DNA of 64,000 nt, taken from positions 51,586,001 through 51,650,000 of the forward strand of contig NC_087437.1 of the NCBI RefSeq assembly GCF_036321535.1, read 5' to 3'. Below are positions 11,671 through 24,980 of this stretch, piece after piece. The notes under the pieces are model-generated. The model searched no databases. It saw only the letters and a program-made list of their open reading frames with translations, and was not told the DNA's origin. The translations under genes were made by a program, and so were the position numbers. Each line of letters opens with the position of its first letter. The stretch's first letter is position 1. The DNA comes from Camelus dromedarius. Taxonomy: Eukaryota.

Positions 11671-12419
11671 AAATTTGGAATGCCTCTTTTAGTGCCTCTG
11701 GCCGTGCATCTTTTGTTCTTGTCATGTTTCTCAAATCCTTTTATTCTGTTATGGCCCCTCCTTCTCTTTATTTCATGACATTGCTTTGTTGGAGAAACTG
11801 GATTATTTGTCTCTAGAGAATAACTCACATTCTAGATGTATGTATTGCCTCCTCATAGTGCCATTTAGTTTGCTCCCCCATCCCTTATATTTCCTGTAAA
11901 CTGAAAGTTGAATAGAATTTTGATTAGATTCTGTCAAGTTTCCCACAGGAACATTTCAGAGGGGTGCTGGGTATTTCCCACTGGATCATATCAGGAGGCA
12001 CAGATTCTACCCCCTAAACATAAATCTACTTTGAGAAGGAACCCAGAGCTCTGGGTATCTGGGCTTAGTAGGGTTAGAGTTCTTGGAGCTGCATTTCATC
12101 GGAAAGGAGTAGGGTCAGGATATAACTGTTGGCGGCTACAGTGCTCCTCCTGCAGTTTCCCTGAGGGGAGTGCCCCCTCTCCCACCTCAGCATCCCTCAG
12201 GACCTGGCCTGGTCCAGGGCTCTGAAATGAAGCTTCTGTCGCTACTAGGTGGGGCCAGTGGAGGGGGATATCTGCACCCTGGATGGAAGGAGAAGCTCAA
12301 GAGCGAGACGAGAGGGCCTCAGGCCTATATCTGAGCTGTAGACACAGCTGATCCCCAGGGAATGTTTGTCTATTGTGATGATGGTCTATGGATGAAGTGA
12401 GGAAAAAATTAAAAAGGTA

Positions 12420-13075
12420 TTTCAGACGAATACTGGTGAAGATGTGGAGCAACTGGAACTCTCATACATTTGTGGGAATGAAAAATAGCCACTTTGGAAG
12501 ATGGATTAGTAATTTGGTAATTTCTTATAAAGTTAAACACGTGGTTATCATACAGAGGAGCAATTCCGCCCTTAGGTATTTACCTAGTGAGATGAAAACT
12601 ATGTTCACACAAAGCCTGTACATCAATGTTTACGTAAGTTTTATTACAACTGTCAACAATTAGGAACAGCCCAAAAGTTTTCAATAGGTGAACAGATGAA
12701 CAAACTGTTATATCATCAATGGAACAACACCGCTTGGCAGTAAGAGGTAGTGAACCATGAATACGCCCCACAAGGTGGATGAATCTCAAATTCATTATGC
12801 TCAGTGAAAGGAGCTGGACTCAAAAGGCTACTTACTGTATGATTCTATTCATATACCACTCTACAAGAAGCAAAACTACATGGACAGAAAAGAAATTTGT
12901 GGTTCTCAGGGACTGGGGCTGGGGAGAGGTTGAATACACAGGGGAATTTTTATGGGTGATGGAACAGTTCTTGGTTGTGGTGGTGTTTACATGACTATAA
13001 GCGTCTGTCAAAAACCCTTAGAACTGAATACTAAAAACGGTGAATTTTACTGTCTGTAAAATACCTTAATACAAA
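12420..13075 (+). mobile_element. Old L1 (L1MC/ME-like) 3' fragment
   Basis: 'gatgtggagcaactggaactctcatac...gaatctcaaattcattatgctcagtgaaag' L1 ORF2-end/3'UTR pattern. Confidence 0.75.
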
Positions 13076-16000
13076 TTGGAGGAAAAATGGTACTGTAGTG
13101 ATCCGCTGTCAGTCAAATCTCCCAATCCTGTTGGGTCCCAGATCGCCTGGGGGCTTATCTAGTTCAGAGATCACCCATCATGTCTGAGTTCTCCACTCTG
13201 AGAGGTCTTTTTTTTTAAAACAGCTTTATTGAGGTATAATTGACATACAATAAACTGCACATAATTAAGGTGTATAATATATTTTTAAATTCATTCTTTA
13301 AAAAAATTTGTTGTGGTAAGAACACTTAACATGAGATCTACCCTCTTAAATTTTTAAGTGCACGATACGGTATCATTAGTGTAGCTGGGTCAGTTCCTCA
13401 TGATGTAGCTCTCCCTCACCCCCTTAACCTCAGATCTTCGCATCCCAGGAGGAGGTGAGTTTGGAGTATTCAGCAGCCGCCTCCCAGGCAGCTTGACCTC
13501 ACTGCTGCCCTTGACCTTCGCACGATGGTACTGTGTCTGGCCCACTTCCTCCCTCCCGGTGATTTCCTTCCTGGGGTTCCGGGTGCTGCTCACTTTATGG
13601 GCCTCCGCCGGATCTCTTCACCATCCACCCCACTGTGCATCACCACTGTCTATACACATGTGAACTCGAATGTGATTAGAGTTCAAGTTATTTTCCATGG
13701 GGTACAAAACACTTCTTCAACATCTCCAAACATTTTTGCAACAACTTGATTGGCAGAAGGGTACCTACAGGGTGGTGTCACTACAAGCCACAGTGTGTGT
13801 GTGTCTCTAAGGTAAGAGGCCAAAATGGTAATGATCACGATCCCTAGAGTGTCAGGATTCCTTGCTAAAAAACATTAGTTATTTTCCGTTACAACTTTTG
13901 CTGTGTCAGGTATTTGGTATTTGTGTAATAAAAGTAAAATAAATATAATCTGGGAAAACCTTAAAAAGCATATAAAGAAGAAAATGAAAATAATCTATCA
14001 CCCCAATACCCAGAAATAACTCCTGTTAAGGTTTTGATATAACCACCTAGACTTTTCCCTATGCTGTCACAGATACGCATGATGGGGGTTGTCTTGCTCT
14101 TCTGATCAGAGAACAGAAATCATCCTCAGTAGAATTAATCAAAAAGGAAAGAAATGTGTTTGGAGGATGGAGGGGATTCCACCCAAATATGGACACCTTC
14201 TGAGGCTGGAGCTAGGCACAGATGCCTGCTCTGAAAAGCACTGAGGTCCGCGGACTTCTGGATGGCTCGCTGTGTTTACCCAGCTGGACCCATCTTCTAG
14301 TGCCTTTGGGCATCCTCTCCCAGCCCCTAACCCCCGTACACACAGACATACAGAGGATAGCATCCATCACCTCTTTGGCTCAGTGCTGGAGTGTGGTCTA
14401 AGGTCAGTTAGAGTCTCCTGTGGGCAGAGCCATGAACAAAAGGGGAGGAATTCTCATTTCCTTGGCATTTCTAAAGGCTTTTACACCTATGATAAATAAC
14501 TCTAGATCCAAGCAGAGTCAAGAGGTGGAGAGAAGAGCAAAGTTCTATCACACGGACACGGCACTCTGGTGCTTGGCAGCTGGTGAGCGGAGCTGTCCCT
14601 TTTTGCTCAAGCTGGTTTGGTCTGGGTTTCTGTCACTTGTTTCTGAAGGAGACCTGGCCAGTACCCCTGATTGTGGCTCATCTGCTGCAGTTTCCTCTTT
14701 TGGACACTGGTCTTTGCTGCCTTTCCAAGTACAGAGTGGTCTGTCCACAGTCTGGGTTATATGGGGATGCGGTTATAGACACTCAGTCCCAACTGTGCTC
14801 AGAGACTCCCTGACTGTGTGTGAGCCTCAAATCCATAGATAGGAAATTTGGCCAGAGAATGGAGTCACACAGGAAAACCGGCTGCCTGCGTCCCACCTCT
14901 GTGGGGGAGTGGGTAAATAAGTGGGCAGAGGAATTTCTCAGACAGAGAGGACCGTTGTGAGCCAGGCAGGTGCCCTGAGGTATTTCCTAGGGGCCAAAGT
15001 ATCCCTGTGCGACGGCTACATTTTGTGTGGGCAGCCATAATGCTGTGCCACTGATAACTTGGTCTCGCTTGCTCTGCAGATGCTGGCCCTGCCTTTCCCT
15101 CCCTCCTGTCTCCTCCTCTGGGCTCTTGTGCTCTTTTCCTGGATCCTGCTCCCCACCCTCCACTCTAATTAATAAACGCCCTGCCCAACGACCTTGCCTT
15201 CTGAGTTCTTACTGTCTAGTAAGAGAGACCTGAGATGCATAAAGTCCCCAGGAGTGATGAGGACAATGCGTGAGGCCAGCAGGGATCTGAGGACAGACAC
15301 ACTCCCAGCAGGAGTGGCAGAGCAGACCTCACGGAAGAGGTGGCATTTGAGCCACGCTGTGGAGGATCCCTAAGCTGTAGACATTGCCAGCACAGATGTG
15401 CCATTCTATGTCCACACAGTAAAATTCCCAGTGGTAAATTAACATAGGCAAAAAATAAATAATTGCTCTTTATTATTTTTTAAACATGCTGGATAAGACT
15501 TGCGTTTGTGACCATTATAAGGAAGCAACTTTGCAACCTATGAGAGAGTCACCGGAAGCCAGCGCTCATGGCCGCACCACGGATGATGCAGCATTGTGAG
15601 CAGTGATGGGACCGGCATTGGATAAATGGTATCAGGGAACCACAGAGGCAGGACGGTCTGTCTTGTTTCAATATAAACAGGTTCCGAAGAGCCATGGCAT
15701 TGTGAATAATCACAGCCTTGCTCTCTTTTCCGTGAGGTGAGATTTATGAAGTCAGCCAAGAATGACAGCTTTGAGCATAAACAACATGAAGAGATAGTTC
15801 CCAGGCTGGACAGGAAGAGATGGTGCTGTACGTTTTGGAGAGTCTTTAGTGCTCTGAATGGACAATAAACAAACACCCGGGCACCTCTTCCATCAATCTG
15901 TATGACTCATGTGGGCCCATGAGTTTTGGTAATACATTATCAAATCAAATTGTTTATGTTGACCGGGACTCCACAAAAATGATTTGTCCAAGGCCCTCAT

Positions 16001-18067
16001 TCCCTAGGCGAGGTCCTGCTTTGGGTGGTCCTTGAGAGACTACAGGCCCCAACCTCTTACCCTGTGGGCAGATCCATCCATCCTGGCCTTGAGGGAATGG
16101 TCACTGCCCTTCCCTGGGACCCAAGGCCAGCATCCCTCCCATTCCTGAGTGCTGACCTGGCACTGTGCACCAGGTGCATGGGCAACAGGGGAGGTGTGAT
16201 GGCATTTGGGACCTGGAGTTGGGAAGGGAAAGGTCACAAGTCAGGAGGAGACTGGTGAGAGAGGGACGTGGGTCAGTCTCTTCTGGGACCAGGCTCCTCA
16301 ATCCTCACTCACTGTGGGGGTCACCAGGTCTAGCCAATTTGCTGTCAAGCATCCCTGCAGGATGGGCTGGGCTGGGCAGGGCTGCTGTGACTATTAGGAT
16401 CTTTCAGCTTCCTTCCTGGGCTTCTCAGATTTCTGCAGACACCTCTTCTAGTGTCCTGGCTGGGGGTCAGAAACCTGGCTGCCAGTGTTGGGAAGTAGAT
16501 GCGTGAGGAGGCTGTGGATGGGGCATGTCTCTGTAATCAGTGTGTAACCCCTACTTTGATCCCATTTTCAGTGTGGGGCCCTGCCAGTCCATGCCAGTGG
16601 CATGCCAGTCCAGAGACCCTCAGTTTTAACCTTTCAGAAAAAACACCTCCAACATCTATTGGAATGAGGGAAGGAATGGCTGGGGCAAGGGGCAGGAATG
16701 AATCCCTAGTTCTGCTTTTTGGCTCCACCTTCACCAGCATCCCTCCTCCATCTCCACTTTCAGAGGTACCTGGAGCCACCAATTCCTGAACCATTTGGCA
16801 GGTCTGGGGTATAAATAGGATTTTTTTCTTTATTGCCCCACAGCTGAGGATTGAACTTTCTTCGTTGTGCTATGCTGGTTACCATTTGTCTAGTTTTTTC
16901 CAGCTTCCAAAATGTTGCTTTTGACATGTCTCCTGTTCTCTCTTTCCTTATGGATTTTAATATGAAAAACTTAAAAAAAAAAAAAAGGATTTCAGAAAGC
17001 ACTGGAGATGAATGCGTGGGCCCAATCCACCACCATTCGGCTACCAGAGTGATCTTTCTAACATTTAAATGTGATGATATCTCCCTTCTGTTCAAAAATA
17101 CTTCCATGGCTCCTGATTGGCAAAAAGATAAGAAATAGAAATCTAGTGTGTAGTGTTTTTAGGCTCTGCCCCAAGTCAGAGTTTACTCCTCTCATGGACC
17201 AGACTGTACTTGATGCTATTACTTAAAAAATTAAAAAAAAAATCTATTAATTTTAATGAAACAGAAAGTTTAGGACACCAAGAGAAAGACTTAAAAGTTC
17301 ACTTTTGTCTGTTAAATGCCAAACCTAAAACAGTGCTTGACTATCACCTGCATAACTTACAGCCCTTTTCCTCTGGGAAACTTTAATTGCTGAGTGGTCC
17401 CGGGCCCTGAGCTGGCTGCTGCTGGGGCTCAGAGGTGGTGTAGTGCGGTGTGTGTGTGTTCACACCTGCGGCCTGCAGCCCTGAGTTGGTGCAGGGAATT
17501 TCCGGTTTATGTTGCCAGCAATGAGAAGGCAGACTCTTTTTTTGTATTCTTTCCGGAGCATAAACTGCAGCTGGTGATAAAATTTGTTCAATCTATTCAC
17601 TCCTAAATCACATTGGACCACACAAATGCTTGGCCTACGTTACCCTATTAGACCTACCCCAAAGGGACAGGCTTTCCCCCAGATGGCTAGAGAGACATAC
17701 AGACACAGGGTGAGCTGGCAGGATCATCCAAAAGCTGGGAGTCTCCCTTGGTAGACCTCACTCAAATTCAGAATGTATCGCTCTATTTACTCTATTACCA
17801 TATCAAAGAAGAATGCCATCATGAGTGGCTCCGGCAGAGCGTTAGGACCCATGGTGACTTTGCTAAAAATCTCTTTAAAAAGGCAATAAAGGCTTTTGTC
17901 CTTCTTCCTCAAAACAAGACTCTATGATCGGGCCACCCAAGATGGCTGTTCTCTTGCTCTCTGTACTTCCCCTGCTCGACCAGTGCCTGCTTCACCTACA
18001 CCCTCCTCATCCGACTGACCTTTCTCCATACTTGCCTCAGGCCCCAGCTAATGATTGTTCCAACTTT

Positions 18068-18201
18068 ATTTATTTATTTATTTTATTTTTTAGGGAAGGT
18101 AATCAGGTTTATCTATTTCTTTTGGTGGAGGTACTGGGGATTGAACCCAGAATCTCGCGCATGCTAGGCATGCACCCTGCCATTGTGCTATACCCTCCCC
18201 C
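18068..18201 (-). mobile_element. tRNA-derived SINE (Vic-1-like) inserted in the LTR
   Basis: reverse-complement A/B-box head; TSD TGTTC(C/T)AACTTT at 18056-18067 and 18202-18213. Confidence 0.85.
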
Positions 18202-18654
18202 TGTTCTAACTTTAGATGAGAACATCGCCATAACTTATCAAAGGGTGGTGAGGGGCTTGCCCTCTGCTGGTTTCCCTGGTATCTGATGAGCCAACCTGAC
18301 ATCAGTTCTCCCTCTAACTGGTAACCTCCCCCTGAGCTTGGGAGAGAGTGAAGACTGCTGCCCTGTCCTGCCCCGCCACCTGCTCGCTCGTGGTGGGGTG
18401 TCGCTCCAGGACCTTGCTTCAGACGTGTAAGCTCCCCCATCCATTAAACCACTGATGTCCCTCTTGCCCACTCCGGGCTCATTCTTCGGTCTTGAAGCTT
18501 GGCAAGCACAGGGCTTGTAGGCTGCGGGGTGCAGCCCAACAATTGGCAGAGAAGCCAGGAGACCAAGGAAACTCCTGTGAGTGCCAAGATGTCAGGAAAT
18601 AAGGATGGGGAGTGGAAAGTTGCAGGCTGTCCAATAACATGTGGGGCCCAAAAG

Positions 18655-19230
18655 TGTTACCCAACACAAGTTCATGTGCCCAATGCACAGTGAGGCCAAA
18701 CAAACCGAAATGTCAGAGTTTGGAGCAGAGAAAGATTTATTGCAGAGCTGAACAAGGAGAACGGGACTTGTGCTCAAAAGACCGAACTTTCCAATAGTTT
18801 TCAGAAAGAAGTTTTTATAGGCAAAATTTGGGGTGAGGGATGCAGGTAATTATTTATTTATTCTTCTGATTGGTTGGTGGTAAGGTACAGGGTGGTATTC
18901 CAGGAATCCTCTGCACAGCCTAAAGTTACCATCCTCCATCTGGGCAGGGGCCTTAGTTCCTGCAGAAGAACTCAAAGATATTGGTACCCTATACTCCTTG
19001 AGGAGGAACCAGGACACTACTTTAATTGCTGCACTGTAGTTTCTTGACTGTTTCTGCATTCCCTCCCTTCCCTGATTAGCAACTTTTCAAATCTGCTCTT
19101 TGGTATTCAGAAAGGCCTAGGAGGCTGAAGCTTTCTTCTGCAAATAAGAAACAGGGGGCACTGAAAGGCTTTTGTGCCCAGGAGGGCCCCACAGGGTCCT
19201 GTTCACTTTCACCTCCCCTTTTCTTTGCTA
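18655..19230 (-). mobile_element. ERV1-type 3' LTR with polypurine tract, nested antisense in the ERV remnant
   Basis: reverse strand reads PPT 'aagaaaaggggagg' then TGAAA...GGTAACA; same termini as the LTR at 37954-38598. Confidence 0.7.
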
Positions 19231-20999
19231 CTCCTCAATCTTGAGGAGAACACGTGTTGGAGAAGAAAGGGGATAACGTTTTGGATAGAGGTAAATCATA
19301 AACTTGACAGAGGAGCTCAGTTCCACGGGCACTCGATTTCAGAAATTCCAGGGGTGATTTCAAAAGAGGTGGAGTAGATCCCCAGGTGGCCGTCCACTAA
19401 TGTGGGGTCCTGTGGTGACTGTCCTTGATGAATGGGGGCTGACAAGAGAGTACGGAGAATTCACAGACACCCCTAAAGTTGAGGAAATATTGGCCACCAT
19501 TACAGGGGGAAAAAAGAAGTTAGCCAATAAGGCAGTGGCCACAGGTGTGGGCTGGTCATTTCTTTTTATATAAAGAAAGGCCACAGAGGCTGAGCTGAAT
19601 GCTGATTGATGTTCCTCTGAAAGTGAGGAATGTGCATGTGGGTGAATATGCATTACTGTCTATTACTGGCATTTGTTGAAACTGAATTGGCTACTTAAAA
19701 ACTGAATAAAATCCCTGAAAATTTCCTGCTGTTTGCCACATGCGTGGTGGGGTGTCGCTCCAGGACCTTGCTTCAGACGTGTAAGCACCCGCATCCATTA
19801 AACCGTTGATGTCTCTGTTGCTGGCTCTGGGCTCTCTCTTTGGACTCAATGCTGGGCAAGCACAGGGCTTTACCGCCTCTGACTTTTCTACTCTAGCTAG
19901 GTCGACCTACTTACTATTTTTCAAACAAGCTTGACATCTCACCTCAGAGCCTTTGCATTGGCTACTCTATCTGCCTGGAACATTCTTCCCCCATGTCTCC
20001 ACATGGCTTGTTCCTCATTCATTGTCTCCACTCAAATCCCACCTCTTGGTCATCACTGTAACACCCTCCACCCAAAGAGCACGAAGATCCCACCTGCAGT
20101 GGAGCATGTTGGGTTTATTGCTCATTGCAGTGGAGGAGAACGCACACCACGGGGAGCTGCGAGGTCTCGGTGCAGGGGTGTCAGAAAGGACTTTCAGGGT
20201 TTGGGCTTATTTCTACCTGGATCCATCATGGTCACAGAGTGGCCTTGTCTGAGGTTGATGTTCTGTGGAATTGTTTATATCACAACCTCTCTGTGAGTGC
20301 CGGGCCAAGACCTGGATGGCAGGGCCTGCTGTTCTCTTTAGCATTATGGGGTCCCTAGTGCAGAGAACAGATGCTGGGGGAGAGGGCGGCAGGTGTTGAG
20401 CAAAAAAGCTTTGAATGAATTGATGAAGTTTGTCCTCAGCACACTCTTACTCCACATTCACGGGCCCAGCCAGCAGCCTCTCCTCTGGGCAGCAATCCCT
20501 GATGATCCTGGGCTGACCCTGATCTGTGCTCCTGCGCACCTCTCTTTACAGCAGTCATCAAAGAGTCCTGCCTTTGTGGACAGCCCTCCTGCCCTGCTGT
20601 GAACGCCCTAAGGGCAGAGATCCCCTTTCCCTCAGAACCCTAGTGCCAAGCACAGAGCAGGTACTGACCAGCTGAACGCCCACCATGGCTGTGCTTGAAT
20701 CGCACCTCTGGCAGGCATGTGTTCTCTGAGAGTGTGACTGCAGGCCACTGAGTGGGAAATAGTTAAACAGAAACCACCCAGGCACCAGCAGCCAGAGGGT
20801 ATGTTTGTGAGTTTGTGATTCTCAGGGACAGTTTTAGGCTGGAGGACTTTGGCCCTCACATGCGGCCTCTGCAGTGTGGACTCCATCTGGGTCTGATTCC
20901 TCCTCAAGAAAAATCCCCCCATCATGGAAACCCAAAGCCCAGAAAAGGCTGATTGAAGCTTGTAAGATAGCAAAGGGCTATAAGAGCCCAGGCACCTTC

Positions 21000-21230
21000 A
21001 AAATAAGAACCACATATAGGGGAGATGGAACTTATCTGACTATCTGGTTCTATTCTCACAGCAACCCATTGAAGTAGGAAAGTATTATCCTTATTTATAA
21101 ACGAAGAAGCAGAGGCACAGAGAGGTTAAGTAACTTGCTCAGAGACACACAGCTAGTGAGTGACGGAGGTGGGATTCAGACCCAGGTCTAGCTAATCCCC
21201 AAACCCATGTTCTGTACCCCTGCACAGACT
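21000..21230 (-). mobile_element. MIR SINE remnant
   Basis: 'attatccttattttataaacgaagaagcagaggcacagagaggttaagtaacttgctc' MIR core. Confidence 0.75.
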
Positions 21231-21545
21231 GCCTTCCCACAACCCTCTTTGTGGCCTCGACGGAGGTGGGGATCCTCTGGATATGAGTTAAGAAGCCCAT
21301 TCAAATAACTCTCTGTGGACCAAGTGGTCCCTAGAGTCAAGGTTCTGAAGCTTAGAAGTGCCAGGCAGACAGAACTGGCCCAAATAGGGTTGGCTACGTT
21401 CTGGCACAGCAAGAGAGACAGTAGAGCAAATTCCACCCTTGGGCCCTTTGAGCTGCCTGTGGCATTTCCACAGGTCCCAAGCTCAGCCGGGATTGAATGT
21501 GCATGGAAAACCTTAACTCCGGTGGGCATTTCCTTGGCTGTGGGC

Positions 21546-21579
21546 GCCGCAGCTTCCTCTGGTGGCCACTAGGGGGAGG
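21546..21579 (+). promoter_or_regulatory. Candidate CTCF site with upstream module
   Basis: core CCACTAGGGGGAG at 21566-21578 preceded by GCCGCAGCTTCC; locally CpG-rich. Confidence 0.65.
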
Positions 21580-23454
21580 TATACGTCGGTATCCCACCGT
21601 GGCCCGCGGTCTCCGGGCCACACCTCAGGCTCGGTTGTGCCCTTAGGAGAGAAGAGTGGATGCTGATGAAGCTTCGTCCGCATCCTGTGGTCTCTCCTTT
21701 CAAAGAACAACTCGCAGACTGTGTGTGTGGAGTGGACGTGTGAAAGACTTGAAAACACACGGACTCTATCTACCTCCTTTATCCTGAGGAAGGAACGTGT
21801 TCTACCAGAACCAAAGATAGTATTCATAGCAAAGCCCATGCATAAAAGCCCGCTGAGTGTTTATAAAACGATCTCTCCTTTTTACGTTTAATAAAAAGAA
21901 ACATGGGACTTCTCTATAGGTATGGCAACCACACAATTCTGTTCTTAACTTCAGCCAAGATGGCATAGTGAGTTCACACTGTGCCCTGTGTTCCAAACAC
22001 ACAGCAGTAATAAACAAAATTAAAAAAATGATAAACAAAGGCACATAGCTGGGCCCCAACCCAAGATAGATATCTCTGTGTACCAGAAGCAGATCAGAAA
22101 TGCAACGTGATGAGTGGGGCTGAGGGCCTTGTGGCCTTGGGTCTAGAAGCAGCAGTAGCGGCCAGAGGCATAGATCCTGGGTACAAGCTAAAGAGCTAAC
22201 ATGCTCTGTGTAAGACAGGGGACAACAGCCAGGACCCTTGAAGCCAGGGGTGCGGTGAGGCTCCCTCTGCTTGTGAAAAGAGGCAAGGGGGAAAAAAGCC
22301 AAGTGTCCATGTACAGCCTGGGGCTTGAAATGTGGGAAGATGAAGACAGACTCTTGACTAGGAGCTGAGCCAAGCCACCCTCTGGCTACATGCCTGGATC
22401 TGTGATGTCCTCATACCACAGAAGAATGGGAGCCCTGCCGTGCTATTCTAGGACTGGGTTTTCAACTGGGCCTGGGGGGTCTCAGCTCAGGACAGAGACA
22501 GAGCGAAAAATAGATGTAAAAACAAAAATAAAAATTCTCCAACTCACTGAGAGTTGAACCAAAATACATGAAAAATACTTTGTGGTAAGAAAAACAGTTA
22601 ACAGAATCAACACTTGGAATATGAATTCATTCCAGATTAATTTAATTTTGTGAAAATCTTATGAAGAATTAAAAATAATGTTTAGGATGCCTAAAAAAGG
22701 CAAATGAAGGCTTAACATTAACAAGAAATGAACAGAGGCAGATAGAAATGAAATGAGAACAAGGAGATATAAAAAGAATCAGAGATCTTGGAAACAAAAA
22801 CTTTGACCATTAAAAAACATAAGAGACAAAGTAAACTGTAGACTAGATACAGAGAGACTTAGTGAATTAAAAGACATTACCTAGACGTTAACACTGATAT
22901 GGTACATAAAGACAAAGATTAGAAAATAGAAAAGCAGTTATGAGACATGAAGGATAGCTTGTTTGAAAGACACTGTATGTCCAATGGGAGTTTTGGAAGA
23001 AGAAAATAAATGGCACCAGAGAAGTAATACATGAGGAAGTAGTAGCAGAGAAAATTTGGGGAGAAATTACAGAACATCAAATGTAAGGGGAAAAAGACAG
23101 ATTTCTCACAAAGGAACTTCTGGCCTCAGCAAAAGCCAAGGCCAGAGATGTTGGAGTAGTAGCTCCAAAGTGCCAACTGGACTTTTATACCCAGCTAACT
23201 TATAGTTAAAAGAAAAGGGGCATATCTATAATACGAAGTGCAGACTCTCACTGAAAGAATTATTATAGGGCGTACTTCAAGAAGAAAAAGTGAACCATAA
23301 GGAAAGAGGGCAGTATAAAAAACAATGTCAACTACAAAAATTGATAAAGATATGTTGATACATCTAAATGAGCATTGACTATAAACAAAATTTTTAAAAA
23401 TCGTATTTTTGTTAAAGATACACATACACATATTTTTAAAAGTCGCTTAATTTT

Positions 23455-23995
23455 CAGAAGTTCTAAGGATGGCCCCCAATGACTCTTGCCTCCTGGTCAT
23501 GCCCTGGTGTTGTACCCTCCCACACTTAATAGGGCTGACCTGTGTGACCAAGAGGATATTGCAGAACATAATGGTGTGTGACATCTGAGGTTAAAAGATG
23601 AAAGACATTGCAGCTGCCACATCTTCCACATGGTTTTCTCTAGGCTCACTTGCTCTTGGGGAGGGAAAATACCCTGTGGTGAGGATACTCAAGCAGCCCC
23701 AAGGAAAGTTCTGTGTAGCAGGGAACTGAGGCCTCAGGCTAACAACCGATGCTAACTGCCAGGTATGTTTGTGGGCCACTTTGGAGAGGGGTCCTCCAGC
23801 CTCAGTCAAGCTTTCGGATGATTATGGCCCTGGCAGGGATATTGACAGCAAGCTAGTGAGAGATTCTGAGCCAGAACCACCCAACTAAACTGAATTTATG
23901 ACTCACCAGATACTAAATGAGATAACAAATGTTCATTGTTATTTTAAGCTGATTAGCTTAGGGGGATTTGTTGTACAACAGTAGATAATTAATAC
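23455..23995 (+). mobile_element. MLT1-family (ERVL-MaLR) solo LTR
   Basis: 'ctaaggatggcccccaatgactc...gttgtacaacagtagataattaataca'; related copy at 30165-30695. Confidence 0.75.
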
Positions 23996-24491
23996 AGGGT
24001 TACCATGTTTTATTGCATTTTGCTTTATTGTGCTTCACAGATACTGTGTTTTTTGCAAATTGAAGGTTTGTGGCAATCCTGCATTGAGCAAGTCTATTTG
24101 TGCCATTTTTCCAACAGCATTTGCTCACTTCATGTCTCTGTGTCACATTTTGGTGATGCTAGCAATAATTTAAGCTTTTTTTTTTTATTATTGTTATATT
24201 CATTATGGTGATCTGTGATTAGTGATCTTTGATGTTACTACTGAAAAAAAATAACTTGTTGAAAGCTCAGATGATGGTTAACATTTTTTAGCAATAAAGT
24301 ATTTTTAAATTAAGGTATGTACATTTTTTTGGACATAATGCTATTGCACACTTAAAAGACTACAGTAGAGTGTAAGCATAACTTTTATGTGCACTGGGAA
24401 ACCAAAAAATTCATGTAACTTGCTTTATTGCAATATTCACATTACTGTGGTGGTCTGGAACCAAGCCCATGATATCACCTATGTGTGCCTA
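23996..24491 (+). mobile_element. Tigger1-like internally deleted DNA transposon
   Basis: 5' end 'cagg..tacc..gttttattgcattttgctttattgtgcttcacagatactg' and 3' end 'ggaaccaagcccatgatatcacc..gtgtgcct' match Tigger1 termini. Confidence 0.8.
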
Positions 24492-24891
24492 TATAACTTT
24501 TAATGAATAATTGCAACCCCTTGTCCACTCCTACCCCACCTCAGTTCCCAACCCCTAAAGGCAAACACTTTCAACTCCCTTTAGCTAGTATTTTGTTGTG
24601 TTTTTTTTTTTTTTTTTGCCTCTATGTTTCTATATACTTCATTTATATTTTTCTTATTTTTTCATTAGGTAACATGGATTGATCTCCTATTATGGAAGAT
24701 GACATTATTTTTCTCCCTCCCCAGTTCTCCCCTCTTCCCTTTCAAAGTAATTACATCATACTTTCTAGTTATTCAATGCTCATATTAGTATTACTATATT
24801 AGTACTTTTCACAGCTAAAGTTTGTGTTGTGCTATGATTACCTTTCCGTTCTTGTATCACTTTTTGCTTTCCCTGGTGAAAATAATAGTCT

Positions 24892-24980
24892 GGGGGGCGT
24901 GGGGGTATAGCTTGGTGGTAGAGCATGTTCTTAGCATGTGTGAGGTCCTGGGTTTGATCCCCAGTACTGCCATTAAAAAA
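24892..24980 (+). mobile_element. tRNA-derived SINE (short Vic-1-like form)
   Basis: A/B-box head; AATAGTCT on both flanks (24884-24891, 24981-24988). Confidence 0.8.

Larger units (their letters stand above)
17900..19870 (+). mobile_element. ERV remnant: LTR ending ~18540, PBS-like sequence, internal remnant, partial second LTR copy
   Basis: LTR-type end '...cagcccaaca' followed by 'attggcagagaagccagga'; 18389-18516 is repeated at 19743-19870; 5' boundary uncertain. Confidence 0.65.
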
